A DNA stretch of 64,000 bases from Vicugna vicugna (Eukaryota), in NCBI GenBank assembly GCA_013265495.1, contig MU058444.1, forward strand, positions 434,001 through 498,000. Direction: 5' to 3'. Each line of letters starts with the position of its first letter. Within the stretch, counting starts at the first letter, position 1. Shown one piece after another: positions 1 through 13,439 of this stretch. A program made the translations under genes and the position numbers. The notes under the pieces are model-generated. The model saw only the letters and a program-made list of their open reading frames with translations. It did not search any database and was not told the origin of the DNA.

Positions 1-2009
1 CTGAGATTTACCGCAGCTGGGCTCTCCCCTGGACAGGGTTGCCTTGTGGCTGGACAGGTCACCAGTGGCTCCTGAATTTTATGTCTTAAAACCCTGCCAT
101 CCATGTGGCCGATGGGCTTCAACGATCCACTCCCCAGTTTAAACATCCAGAAGAAAGTTCTTGTTGGTCCAGCTCAGGTGAGCTGTTAATACTGAGCGTG
201 GTCTGGTGAAATAATTACTGGAACCCGTTCTGCCAGAAGCAATCTTAAACACTGTCCATTACTTTTTAACTTTGCCTCTCACACCGACTCTGTGAGATCA
301 GAATTGTTACCGCTTTCATTTAATACATGATATAATTGAGGCGTAAAGACTTAGGTGGCTTGTCTCGGTTTGCGGGCTAGTAAATCTCACAGCCAGGAGT
401 TGCTTTGGGGGATCTATCTTCTTCCAGAGCTCCCACCAGCCGTCTTCCATGGTCTATCCCTGTGGTTAACCTCCTCTGGGTCAAGTGTGCTTCTCCCAGT
501 CCATTGCCAGGTGGAGAGCTCATGAGGTGCATGCCAACTCCCAGAGCAGTCAGGGTGAAGGTGATGGTGGGAGTGGAGAAACGTCCTGCAGGAGAGGGCA
601 GCATAACAGGTGTCCTCTATGTTCCTACCGCCACCTGTAGGTCTCGGTGCTGTTTGTTACGCCAGCTGGTGCTGCTCTCCCTGACTAATACAGGTCACTT
701 CATGTTCAACGCTGGTCCAAACATCCCAAGACTCCTCTTTGTGTCTCCAGGTCTGAGCCCAGATCTCACAATTTCACTGATGGTTCCTTTTTTTCTACCA
801 TTTTATTTATTCACTTACTAGAGAGAGGAGATATATTTGTTTCTTCTTGAGACAATTTCAAGGTTATTCAGTGAATGTTATCCCTTCCTTCTCAATGAAG
901 TGGGTTAATCTTTCTCGTTGGGATATTTAGAAATAACCAATAGTACAACTATATTTACATATACATGTTCAGGTGGGGACCTTTACAATCACTTGATGAT
1001 GAAAATACTGCTCCTTATTTCAGAATTATTTAAAATACTCAAAAATTCCAGACAAGATGTCTTTAAAAAAAAAAGACTCAAATCAGCTGTATTTTTATTT
1101 CAGGCATAAGGGACTGAACCACAAAGCGAGCTTAAACTATATCTCATCTCTCTTTGGACTGTGGTGTTTCATCAATAAAATTCTTAGGAAGGTTGTGAAA
1201 AGATGCTGGCAAAATGTGGAGTGGTCGAGTTCAAAGTTTTGATTGATTGATTGATTGATTTTTGTAAAGCATTTTTTATCTTCGCACCAACGTGTCCACT
1301 ATTCAGTTACTCCTTTTGTCCCAATTGTCCCCCTTCTCTGCTCCCTTTGGAGGTAAACGATGCGAAATGATTGTTTTCACTCCTTAGTGTTGGCATGAAG
1401 GGGTGGACCATTCCTGCCACCCAGGCAAGACTCCTGTTTTCTCGAGACAGCTGTCCACCTCATCTCTTGAGTCAGTCTCCTTGCCACATTCATCATTTTT
1501 GTTGTTTTTTCTTCCGTTTTCTCAGCTACTTAGTATCACGCTGGGACCAGCTCAGTTTGATATAATGTCAGATTTTCCATGTCTTTCTTTCCCCATCTCC
1601 TCCATAGTTGATATCCTACATAATGGTAAATGTTAAACTAGACCACTTTACCCAGAGATTCTCTGCTGATGTTTTCGTCATAGAGATACAGTGAGTACAT
1701 TTAACTAATGGTTTCCAAGCTCACAGCTTATGTAATATGCCTCTAGGGTCACACTGCTGCTTTTGTTTCTGGAAAAGGCAGGCATGCCAACTTTATTGCA
1801 TGCAAAATTTGCCTTGGATCCTTGAAGAACCCTTTCCAACAGTTATTATGTTATCCTGTAATCTTTTGCTACCCTCATCAAAAAGAAAATAAATATAATA
1901 AATTATATATTCTATAACCTGTCTGAGCTGCGCACCCCTCTGTCAGTCTAAGGAGGATGATGGTTTCCTTCTCTGAATATGGTTGTTACATGCATGCCAC
2001 AAAGTACAT

Positions 2010-2320
2010 ACAATGAAGATAACCACTTATATTGAAATACAGGCATCAAATTTAAAAAAAAATTGTGATATAGTAACATGTGCTTCATTCATTCATTAAT
2101 AAGATGTGGAGATAGGTCTAACAGCTATTGTACTTTCAAGGTAGTGATTAGTAATCTTTTGTTACCTCTGTGTTACTTGTAATTTGATACAGAAATGTGA
2201 TTTCTATAGGAATTAAAGTTACAGTGCTAATTCTACAGAGATTGATTGATTACATTCATAGTTGAAGGAAATGTTAAATTTTGCTTAGAGATTCACACAA
2301 ACAAAATGTAATATATTCCA
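2010..2320. mobile_element. hAT-Charlie (Charlie1-like) DNA transposon fragment
   Basis: tgtgatatagtaa, tgtgatttctat and tacattcatagttgaaggaaatgttaaattt resemble the Charlie1a consensus. Confidence 0.65.
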
Positions 2321-2624
2321 CTGCAATCAATTGTTGGTGATTTAAAGCATTATTTACTTTCTAGGTATTTGCATTTCAAAAAAAGACCTTCAGGGAGAGA
2401 GAAATAGTTTACCAAAAAAAAAAAAGTTTCTAATGATGGAATTTCAAGCACTGTATGGTCCTCTTTTATGGGAAAGTATATACTTTGTTGTGATGGTGGT
2501 ATATGTTTTAACAAACATGACAAAATTAAACATGCACGAATGCTTTCTCTATCAAAGCTGTCACTTCCACAGGCTAAGAGAGTAACATCTGTGTAGTATT
2601 TATAACATCAGAAACTTCCTGGGG

Positions 2625-2745
2625 TGTGTGTATGAGTGTGTATATGTCCATGTATGACTGAAAAATTGTACTGAACACTGGAATTTGACACAACACTGTA
2701 AAATGATTATGAATCAATAAAAATGTAAAAAAAAAAAAAAAAAAA
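2625..2745 (+). mobile_element. Young, severely 5'-truncated L1 3' end with poly(A)
   Basis: AATAAA, A-run over 20 nt, perfect 13-bp TSD aaacttcctgggg (2612-2624, 2746-2758). Same subfamily sequence as the copies at 25.8 kb and 35.5 kb. Confidence 0.88.
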
Positions 2746-4134
2746 AAACTTCCTGGGGAACAATCCTTCCTCTGTTTTCTTCATAGACAAGAGTCCTCAT
2801 CTTCTGAGTCCCTGATAAATCATTATCTTTCAGTAGCAGGTTTTATTTTTAGAAAGAGTCAAAAGTCACGATGGGGTGACTTGTTTAGGATGAAAAGAAG
2901 AGTGTCAATTTAAGGCAGTGAAGCCAGTTTTCTGTGCTTTATAAGTTAGCTTTTAACTTAATTTGGAGAGAGATTTAAAGAAATCTTTTGAAGAATGGCA
3001 GAGACATTAAGTAAACATTTGAACTGCCCAAGATAACTTCTTTATAGATAACATTCATATGAAATCAGCTAAAAATATCTGGCCTCTTTGAGCCTTGTGT
3101 TATAATTTGGTGGGGAGAGAGACCCTCCCACTGAGCTTCAAATCCCATGATTTAGGCATCCATCTTTTCTGCTTCAGCACAAAACTGGATCTGGCTCCTT
3201 AGACGCTGCAGTCCCCAGTGAGATGAGGCGCTGCTTCTGGTACCGTCCGTGAGTCAGTAATCATCTTCCAGGGTTTCCTCGTACTCTGCTGCTTGAAGCA
3301 TCCCGTAATGGACACTGAGAAGCTCCTGCGATTTTTTTTTTCCCCGAGGCATCTTAGGCAGAACAGAAACAGAGTCTTGTCTGACTTTGTCATCACAAGT
3401 CCTCTAGCTCTCCTTCCCTCTGTGGACGTTTTGTGTAAGTGTATCGAGTGATCGATTTCATTGTCTCTGCTCTCAAACGCCCGGGGACCAAACAGCCCAT
3501 GGGTGCAAATAAATGGTTTCCAAGCATTCCTTTTTCCTTCTGCCTCAAGGGCTGCTGTTGACGTTTTCAGCTTCTGGTGGCCACGGGAACCTTGAAATCT
3601 CTGGAGGCTTCTGCCATCCCTCCCTCAACCTTGCCTCTCATTGACGTCCACTGGCGGCGGTCATCACTCACTCCGTTCTGCTGTCTTCGCCGCTCCCCTG
3701 CGACCTTGTCCCACTTCCAAACTCTATAGTCTCTTCCAGTGGAATTGGCCAGGGAGTGGGGTAGGAGCGCTGTGTTGGGGCGGGGTGGGACTCGGGGAGC
3801 AGCAGCAAGTTGAGCCTTCCTCATACACCTTGAGCCCTCCCATGTATCCACGATCAGCCTTCCATAGTTACTTCTGGAAAGGCACTCCATTACAATCCCT
3901 ATTCAACTATATTTTTCATATGATAGCTCCCATTTTAGCTGTTTAATTGGCTTCGTGGATTTGACTGAGAATTTTAGTGCATTTACTATATTCTCATGGA
4001 AAAACCACACGAAGTAGTTTGCAAGTCAAATTTTCATTTCTGTCCATTGAGAATGACTCTGCAGTTCACTTTCCCTTTGGTAGGTTCTACATGCACACAT
4101 TTTAACCAGTTCTTGTAAAGCAGAACACCCGGCT

Positions 4135-4310
4135 CATGGGCCCTAGAATTTCCTAAAGGCTTGTTGAAACGTAGATCACTAGGCCCCATCTCCAGAGTTC
4201 CTGGTTTAGCAGACCTGGGGGAGGGCCTGAGAATTTGCATTTCTAACAGATTCCCTCGTGATTGTCAGGATGCGGATTCAGAAACAGACTTTGAGAACCC
4301 CTGGCCTAGA
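4135..4310. mobile_element. MER5A-type hAT MITE
   Basis: gggcctgagaatttgcatttctaacag...actttgagaacccctg. Confidence 0.8.
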
Positions 4311-5379
4311 GGACAGGCCACAGCTCTAAAATTGCTATTAATCTCTATTATTCCTAAAATAATTTGAATCCCAAATTTTCAGGATACTGTGAATTTTAAA
4401 TTCCTCTGGCAGGAGGAATTTAAACTAAATAGAGGGACATCCAGGCTTACTTAAAACTTATCTTTAATTACCTATTTTTAGGTTTGCTCTCAGATGCTCA
4501 CTCCGTAATGAATAATAAAAATGTTTATAAGCTGCCAATAAATGGGCGAGTCTGCATGAATTCACGTCAGTTAAATAATAAATTTAATTTGCATATAAAT
4601 CACAATTTTCTTAATTGATGGTTTCAAATTTAAAAATCGATTTCAAATTTAAAAAAATTATGTGAAAAAAATTCATGTGATTTCAAATAAATCACATAAA
4701 TCGCATGAATGAAAATGTGCCCCAAATCAAATTAAATTGCCTCTTTTGTCATCAGTTTTCCTTCCAGCCATTCCTTTTGCTTTGGAGCCAGACTTTCTTA
4801 AGTAACGCTTTTTAAGAGTTAAAAAAAAAAAAAATTCCACCAAGTTTGTTATCCTGTTAGTTTGAAGTTAAGTTTCTTTTCCTTTTTGAGGCACTACTGA
4901 TAAACAGCTCCCAGGGAGTGCCTGTTCCATAGGTGGGAAAGGGTAATGGATTTTACAGCAGTGTAGGGTGTTCAGTTCCGGGGACCCACCTGTGCTTGGC
5001 AGACACGTGAATTGAATGGCGGGAAAGCTTTACCACTAATCACTGCAAGAGTCCAGACTGGGCGTGGGAGGTGAATGTCATGGGATGGCCTTTCTTTTCT
5101 GGAGAAAAAAGGAAATCAAAGCCACAGAATATTTTTTCCTGTTGGCTCTCATGATCCCACTTTAAGAAAAAAAATACCTTTCGATCGTGGTGAGGGTATC
5201 TTAAAAGATGAATCGTCGTGATGTATCAGGTTGAAGTTTGCACTGAAGTCAAAGGAGGCTGAGTTTAGCCTAATTTGTGCAAATTAATGGGTGTGTCTCT
5301 TTGTTCCAGCCTCCAAGCAGTCGAGCTATCTGATGCTGGGGAAGCAGAGGGGCATCAAAGAATGAGCCCCAACCTGGGG

Positions 5380-5545
5380 ACATCAGTGTTGAGTTCAAAG
5401 CCCACCTGTGTTATCTGTTAGTTGTGCTGCTTGGATCAAGTATTCCGTTTCCTCATCTATAAAATAATTTAGAGCCTGTGGGCTGTGAGGGGTTAGGAAG
5501 ACTGGATGCAAAACACTTGGTATACAGTAAACAGCTAATGAATGG
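5380..5545 (-). mobile_element. MIR fragment (one of many; others near 240-390, 24170-24290, 29380-29560, 32320-32520, 33050-33250, 53370-53530, 63170-63460)
   Basis: MIR core gtttcctcatctataaaat and acttggtatacagtaaaca. Confidence 0.6.
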
Positions 5546-7514
5546 AAATTATTATTATAGACAGAAACTCATCAGTTTGCTCAAAAATTTCAAATTTTCT
5601 GACTTCTTCATTTGCCAAAGCACAGCTGCTGAATTCATTTGAGGGAAAAAAAAAATTTCCCGAGTCCCTGGATAGGAATCAGAGAAATGCCTGTGTACCT
5701 CTTACTGACCTTGCATTCAAGGTAATTTCTGCTTATTTGTCCTTGCTTTTGTCTACTGTGTGAAGATGGGTTTGTGATTGGTTCCTTGAATTTTAATAGC
5801 CGTATCAGCCTTTTTACCCATTAGATCAAATTCTCTAAAGCACCTTTTATGTATGCAGTGATTATAAATCAGGGTTCTGTTATGAGTTTGGTAAATGTTG
5901 ATAGTCTCTACCACCTTGCTTAGCACATACCATTTATTCAGTAAATAGTAGTGATTTTTGTTAGAAACTGTAATATTGACAGAGATTCCATCAGACGTGC
6001 TTCCAGACTATTAATGTTTTAGAAAGTGGAAGTACTCCTTTTTCCTGACCACTACGTACAGTGGTCCATGGGCAGGGTGCTTCCTCTTTGCACCCTGATG
6101 GTGGTCCTGGTCTCCCAGGCCATCCAGGCAGTTTTCGCACTGACCAAGCCCCGCACCACGGCTGGTGCCTCCCAGACACGTCTCTAGAGCCTGCCGGGTG
6201 TGCCCCCAGGGGTCAGTCCACGAAGCCCCGCCAATCATTTGTCACTCGTTTCACTGCAGTTAAAAGAGAGACTTGGAATAAGTAGGTTTCATCATTACGG
6301 AACTGTTTCCTCTTATTTTTTATGGTTGACAAATGGCACCAAGAGCAGGAAGATGTTAACTTGTGTCCCAGTTAAGACTGTTTTTCGACCATAAGGTGAA
6401 TGATTTCACTGGTCTTTGGCCACTAAAGCCTCCCGCTCTGGTGAGCATCGGAAAGATACGTTTCTGACCTCTCTGGAGAAGCCGGTACCTGTCTGCATCC
6501 AGCCACCCTCTCCTGCCCCCATGAATCCGGGTTCAGCACATGCGCTGGGGTGGCACAGGGTGGAAAACTAAAGGCCCCTCGCTGTAACCCGTATTGGCCT
6601 TCCCCAACCCCCCTCAAATCATCATAAATCTAACTGAAAATCTTGTCCTGACTGTGCGGTCATTGGCAAGTGGGGACGCTGTGTTCCTCTCCCCAGGTCA
6701 CACCCAGGTGATGTCTCTGGGCTTCGCCTGAACGGAGCAGCATTTGGTACCCTCACCGCAGCTCCTTCCACAACTGCAGCAGAGAGAGTGTGGACCTGTA
6801 ATTCGGAAAGCCTCCTGGACCAGCATTCTGGAGGAGAGCCTCTCCAGGGCACTGCCAGGAGGGTTTAATTAAAAGAAATGCAACCTAACACATATGTTTT
6901 CTGGAACGAGGCATGTCTGTAGCCAGTGTTTGCTGGAAGCGGAGAGCAGCCCTAATGGATGGTCTCTGGGTGGCTTTTCCCAGGCTTCCAAGAATAAATT
7001 TTGCATAGCGACCTGGAGGCACTACCAAGATCGAAACCTGAATACAGTTTCATCTAAAGCAGACCTGTGTGAAAAGTGCGCCTCTCCTATGTTCCCCAAA
7101 TGAAGGTGGACCCGCTGAGGATGAGCCTTTTCTTTACCTGGAATTCACTTCGCTGTGGTCCGGCTTCTTCTCATTTTCACTCAGCAGTTTAGCAGAAAAA
7201 TGGAATAATGACCTTGAATGGGTTGGATGTCCACCTGACCTACTGTCATTTTGGCAGAAATGTTTCAACCGGTACCATTTCCTGTTCCTGACAGGCAGGG
7301 GGCTCTTTGTTGTAACAAAGCTGCTGCCTTTGAGACACCTGCTGCTTCAGACTTTCACAGATTAGGTTAAAGGGCTCGAAAATGGATTTGTAATCAATTC
7401 ATGTCCCCTTTTTCCTCCCTAAAAAATTGTGCGTATAAAAAACACCATGTAGGTAGGTCGCAGACAAAGTAGTTCACTAGCCCTTTTTCCAGTCTTGACA
7501 TAAGACATGGAAAT

Positions 7515-7750
7515 AGTGTTGTAAGGTTTATCAAATGGAAATACAGGCAGCCAGGTAAAAGTGAATTTCAGATAAACAACACGGATACTTTATTTATAAT
7601 TTCAGTAGGTCACATGAAATACTTGAAAAGATGCCTATGCTAAAAATTATTCATTCTAAATATTTGTTGGGGCGTAATTATATTAAAAACTTATTTGCTG
7701 TTTATCTGAAATTCAAATTTAAACCTCATACTGAAGCATGTTCTAGGAAA
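7515..7750. mobile_element. MER53-type palindromic hAT MITE
   Basis: Perfect 17-bp inverted repeat tgaatttcagataaaca (7562-7578) / tgtttatctgaaattca (7699-7715). Confidence 0.8.
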
Positions 7751-9214
7751 TGGAGTTTCTGCTGCCCACTCTGTTTTATATTGGGGACGGCTAAAATTTA
7801 ATAACGCAAATGCTTCTAGTAGACGATTCTTAATGCCTAGTTGGCAAATCTGTCTCGGCTGAGGGCCTCTTCCTAGGCTGTGTTCGTTGGGCGAGAATTG
7901 GGTCAAGCAGATAAAACACCTTTTCAGTTCAAGTGTGGGAAGAATGATTCACCACGGGGGTATGTTTTCTGAAATTCATGGTGGGCAGGCAAAGCTTAAA
8001 ATGATGGTTTAAGTTTACTCTCTATTTTAATAATGTATTTGTTTTTGTCTGTTTCATCTTAAGCTTTATGGTATATTATTTGGAAATTAGAGATAAGCCA
8101 AAAAAGAAAAAAGGGGAAGAAAAAAAGAGATAAGAAAGATCTAACACCTACCATGCTCTCAGTATCTAGAGAAAACCATTGTTCACGTTTTGAGGTTTAC
8201 CGGTCTAGCCTGCTGCATATATAGAAAGTCGAGCGGCTATGATGTCTTGGATATCTGACAGCACGTCAGCTCTGAAACGTCACCTTTACCATCCGTTTCC
8301 ACATCACCTGGCTTGAGTCTCCTTCCACCATATTGTGGGATGTGAATATTTTAAAAAATTCACCCAAAGCATATCCTCTCAGATCCTATGGCCCCTTGCC
8401 GCCCCCATTCTTTCTCTCAAAGACCCTCAGCCATGCCTCTGGTTGTCACCCTTCCTCCGTTTCCATCATTTAATCTCATGTTAGAAATGGCCCCTCTTAC
8501 TGCCATCCTCCGAGCGCCACTAACGCAACACTGTTGTATGGAGTTGGCTTTCAGTGAAGGTTGGAAAGTCAGTGGGGGTGGGTTTACAACAGGGCACAGG
8601 TTGGGAAGTACTTGGCATTGAGTCCTAGACGACCTGTGCTTAGGGCTTTCTCTGCCGTCACCAGCTGTGGGACCTTCCCACCGGGCCCTGCCCCCTGCCA
8701 TGTTGCAATTCCTAACCCGACAGCCCTTCCCCAGGAGTTCTACTTGGTGCCTCTTCTCCTCATTCTGGAGCCCTGAATGCCCCTCCCGCAGCGTCTCTGC
8801 TTCCCTCACCTCCTTTAGACGCTAAGCCTCAAACATTCTCATTACTTTATTGTACAGGGCACGCAAACCTTTGTTTCACCCACAGCCCTCCCTGGTTTTT
8901 CCCAGGGCTCTAAGACTTTCTCAGATAAAAAGTTATACTTTTAAATTTACGTATTTATCTTTTAAATTAATATATTTTATATACTTATATTCCGACTTTT
9001 ACAACTAAGTCATCAGATTAAGCCCTTTTATTAACCTTTAATAGATGAAGAGATTTTAATAGATTTAAAAATCTATTTGCCATCTCTACAGATATATATA
9101 ATTTTGTCTGAAAAAATTATATATTAAAAAATTTACAATTTGTAATTGTAAATTAAAAATTAAAAATTGTGTACATTATATACCCAACTATCCAAAGAAC
9201 CAGAAGAAACTTTG

Positions 9215-9580
9215 TTTTTATTTTAAAAAAATTTTTATTGAATGAAAGTCTTTAAATTCTACAGAGCTTTACAACTTTCAAAAGTTTTGCACACATGATT
9301 TCATATAATTCCATAATAACCTGTTTTCTCTGCCCTCTATTACCCCTCCCCTCTTCCTACTCTCCACTGGTAACCATTAGTTTATTCTCTATATCTGTGA
9401 GTCTGCTTCTTTTTTGTTTAATTCACTAATTTGTTGTAGTTTTTAGATTCCATATATAAGTAATATCATATAGTATTTGTCTTTATCTGACATATTTCAC
9501 TTAGCATAATGCCCTCCAAGTCCATCCATGTGGCTGCAAATGACAAAATTTCATTCTTTTTCATGGCTGAGTAGCATTCC

Positions 9581-9612
<32 letters not shown>

Positions 9613-10577
9613 CACATCTTCTTTGTCCCTTTATCCATTCATCTGTTGATGGACACTTAGGTTGCTTCCATATCTTGGAAATTGTAATTAATGCTTCTAT
9701 GAATATTGGGATGCATGTATCCTTTTGAATTAGTGTTTTTGTTTTTTTTCAAACATATACCCAGGAGTGGAATTGTTGGGTCATATGGTAGTTCCAATTT
9801 TTAGTTTTTTGAGGAACCTCCATAGTGTTTTCCACAGTGGCCGCACCAATTTACATCCTCACCAACAGTGTTTGGGGGTTCCCTTTTCTCCACATCCTCG
9901 CCAGCATTCATTATTGTGTTCTTTTTGATGACAGCCATTCTGACCGGTGTGAGGTGATAGCTCATTGTGATTTTGATTTACATTTTCCTGGTGATTAGAG
10001 ATGTTGAGTACCTTTTCATGTGCCTGTTGGTTACTTGCATGTCCTCTTTGGAAAAATGTCTATTCAGTTCTGCCCATTTTTTAATTGGGTTGTTTCTCTT
10101 TTTGATGTTGAGCTGTGTGAGCTGCTTATATATGTTGAATGTTAATCCCTTATCGGTCATGTCATTTGCAAATATTTTCTCCAATTCAGTAGGCTGTCTT
10201 TTCTTTTAGTCAGTGGTTTTCTTTGCTGTGCAAAAACTTTCAAGTTTATATAGGTCACGTTTGGTTTTTTTCGCTCTTATTTCCTTTGCTTTAGGAGATG
10301 GATCCCTACAAATATTGCTGCAATTTATGTCAAAGAGTATTCTGTGCATATTTTCCTCTAGGAGTTTATAGTATCTGGTCTTACATTTAATTTTCAATCC
10401 ATTTTGAGTTTATTTTTGCATGTGGCCTTAAAGAATGTTCTAATTTCATTCTTGCGTGTAGCTGTCCAGTTTTCCCAGCACCACTTACTGAAGAGACTGT
10501 TTTTTCTCCACTGTATATTCTTACTTCCTTTATCAGGATTAATTGACTGTAAGTGTTTAGGGTTCCTTCTGGACTCT
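9215..10577 (-). mobile_element. 5'-truncated L1 (3' UTR plus disrupted ORF2 C-terminus)
   Basis: ORF 9978..10184(-) [13 protein letters not shown]...[19 protein letters not shown] is L1 ORF2p C-terminal sequence, with frameshifted neighbours and a T-rich tail at the left. Confidence 0.92.
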
Positions 10578-11359
10578 CCATATTATAGATAGATACATAA
10601 ATTTTTGTCTGAGAAAGAAATTATATAGACAGATAGGTAGACAGATATACCAAGTCCCCAAAGGACCAGAAGAAACTTTGAAAGTACTGGACACGTTCTC
10701 TTTAACCTGAGGCAGACCAGTTACTCCTGGGCAAGACTTCACCCCCAGTCTTGGTGAAAGAACAGTTATTTGACTTCCTTTTATGCCTTGCTTCCCCCGA
10801 TCTTCCTCACCCTGACCTCACAGAACTTGTTTTAAACCAGCTATACTCCACCTCTAAGATTCATGATTTTGTGATTCTGTCTGAAGTGCCCTTCAAAACT
10901 TCAGTGAAGGGCTGTTTTATTTTATTTTATTCTTTAAGTCAGCCTCCCTGCCTCCCCCGGTCCCCTGTGGCACTGAGGAACTGCTCTCCAGTACCCTCGT
11001 TTATTCACTAGTCTCTCTGGGGGCTTCCTGCAAGCAGTAGATTACGTGTAATTCACTTGTCTGCACTGACTCACTACAATGGCTGGAACGCAGTAGGCGC
11101 TCAGTAAATAATTTGTTGGCTGCATCGCCAAGCTACTGCATGGAGGAGTCAATGGACTGATGCAATCTTTGCCTTCCGCTCAGCCTCTCTCCTTGACTAC
11201 CCACTGGCGTGAGCAAGCACTGCTCAGTATCACAGAAAAGACTGTGCCCTGAAAGCGAGTTGCTGTCAAACAGTTTGAGTTTCTGGAGGAGCACGATTCT
11301 GGGGAGGGGTCTACCTTGATGGTCGTAAGACACCCCCAGGCTTCCATCAGTGGCAATGA

Positions 11360-11576
11360 AATTTGCAGATCTTAACTACTGTATATGGTAGATATACTAT
11401 AAGTTTCTGCTGTATAGTGCAGGGAAATATATTCAGTACTTTGTAGTAACCTGTAATGTAAAAGAATTTGAAAAGGAATCTATGTATGTATGTGTAAGAC
11501 GGAAACATGATGTTGTACACCAGAAATTGACACAACATTGTAACTGACTATATTTCAAACAAACAAATAAGAAAAA
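11360..11576 (+). mobile_element. L1 3' UTR fragment
   Basis: ctgtatagtgcagggaaatatattcag...tgtacaccagaaattgacacaacattgtaactgactata followed by an A-rich tail. Confidence 0.85.
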
Positions 11577-11899
11577 GGGGCGACTTTAATGCCAGTGCAG
11601 ACTGCATAGAGCATTTGGTGTTAGCAACTCTGTTCAGAGTTTTATAGTTGCAAGCAAATGAGAAGGCAACAGTGGAAACTGTGAATCAGCATTTGGATCA
11701 AAATGTTTATCAGAAAATTTTAAGATGCCCTGACTTCTCCAGGGCAGATATTTTTTGATACCATAATGACTCACGATCATTTTATTCATTTTACTTTCAG
11801 TGCTATTTATCTTGAAGCAGAACCAATTATTCTTTTCGCTGTGCTTTTGCTGCACTTTTTTGAGCATATTGTTTGTATTTTCAAGGAGTTCCAAATACA

Positions 11900-12900
11900 A
11901 CAAAGAGAAATAAGGAACTTCCAGTATTAATTGCAACTTCTTGCCTTCCTCTTTCTATCTTATTTTTCTCGCTCCTGCTCAGAGTTTGCTATCCTGGATT
12001 TAGTGTTTATGATTTTCATGAGCGTTTTGTACTAATACCACATACAATCTATAAAATTATATGCAGCAGATTTTGCATGTTTTGAATACTACACAGATTA
12101 CGTCTTCTATAATTTGCTTATTTTCCCAACATTATATTTCTAAGATACAGGTTTGTTGATATGTGTAATTCTAGGGAATTTATTTTATTGCTTTGTGCTA
12201 TGTCACCAGATAAATATATCCCACGTATTTATCTCTTCTCAAATTGATGGGCATTTAGATTGTTTTCCTCTAACAGAAAGTGTCAATACAATATTCGAGT
12301 GCATGACTCCTTGGGCCAGGTGCTGGGGTTTCTCTAGGGTATCCACTAGGGATGGGATGGAGGGTCATGGAGTGTGCCCCTGGTCTCCTATTCTGGGATT
12401 TAAAAAAAAATTTTTTCTTTCCTTTGGTAGGGGGACTAATTAGGTTTATTTACTCACTTTTAGAGGAGGTACTGGGGATTTAACCCAGGACCTTGTGTAT
12501 GCTAAGCATGCACTCTATCTCTTGAGCAACATCCTCCCCTTGTTCTGGGATTTTGCCAAACTGCCCTCCAAAGTGGATTTTCTCTCCCTTGAGCCGTATG
12601 TAAGCCTTCACTGTTGCTCTGCATCTTTGCAGCGTTTAGTATGGCCAATCTAGCGGGTAGGAAGTGACACTTCATTTATGGGTTTAATTTGCATTTCCTG
12701 ATTACTAGGCAGATTGCTTATCTTTTCATGTTTTTTTTTTTGTCATTCAGGGTTCTCCTTCTGTGAATTCTCTCCTTCCATAGTTTGCTAATTATTCCAT
12801 TTCTTAAAAGCTGACTCATGGAGCCCTTCAAGTATGTTTTTGACTTATAAACCCCTTTTTTGATTTTGTGTACCGCAAACATCATCTCCCGTCTGAGAAT
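11900..12900 (-). mobile_element. Old degraded L1M fragment (interrupted by a SINE)
   Basis: Motifs ttgatgggcatttagattgttt, ccctccaaagtgg and tttaatttgcatttcctgattact. Confidence 0.6.
12402..12540 (-). mobile_element. tRNA-derived SINE (camelid Vic-1 type)
   Basis: Reverse-complement tRNA-like head and CCTAATTA tail. Target-site duplication (TSD) ttctgggattt at 12391-12401 and 12543-12553. Confidence 0.88.
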
Positions 12901-13439
12901 TAGCATAGCATTTTCCCCATCTACAGGTTAATGTAGCAGTTACCTCATTGCATCATATTTTGTGTTTGTCTCTGTCTCCCATAAGGCTGTGAATTCAGGT
13001 GAGAGCAGGAACAAAATTCTTCATTTTTACTTCCTTAGTCCCTGGCACGTAGATGATACCTGGCAAAATTGCTTGGATTGGCTTGAGGGTGCCACTTAAT
13101 TTAACGTAGATGCTTTTGCAATCTTGAAGTTTTGACTTGAAGCTTTCAATTTAAAGGCATGTTTGTCAGTCCTAGTCATTTGATATATACATATATATTC
13201 ATACACACACACACACACATATATACGTGCATACACACATGCATACACAGGTATCACTTGAAAGAGTGACACTTCTGCAACCAAATCAAATTAGGACCTT
13301 TAAAAACCTTTAAAATAGGGCTTCCCTCAATTTCCAGACAGAGTTTCTGTTAGAACACTGCTAAGGTTGAGATAGGTTAATATCTTCAGATGCGATTGAA
13401 ATAACAGATGCATTTCTATTTCCAGTCCAGAGTTGTTGG

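Noticed and set aside
9978..10581. Functional L1 ORF2
   Set aside because: Only frameshifted C-terminal fragments of a 5'-truncated copy remain.
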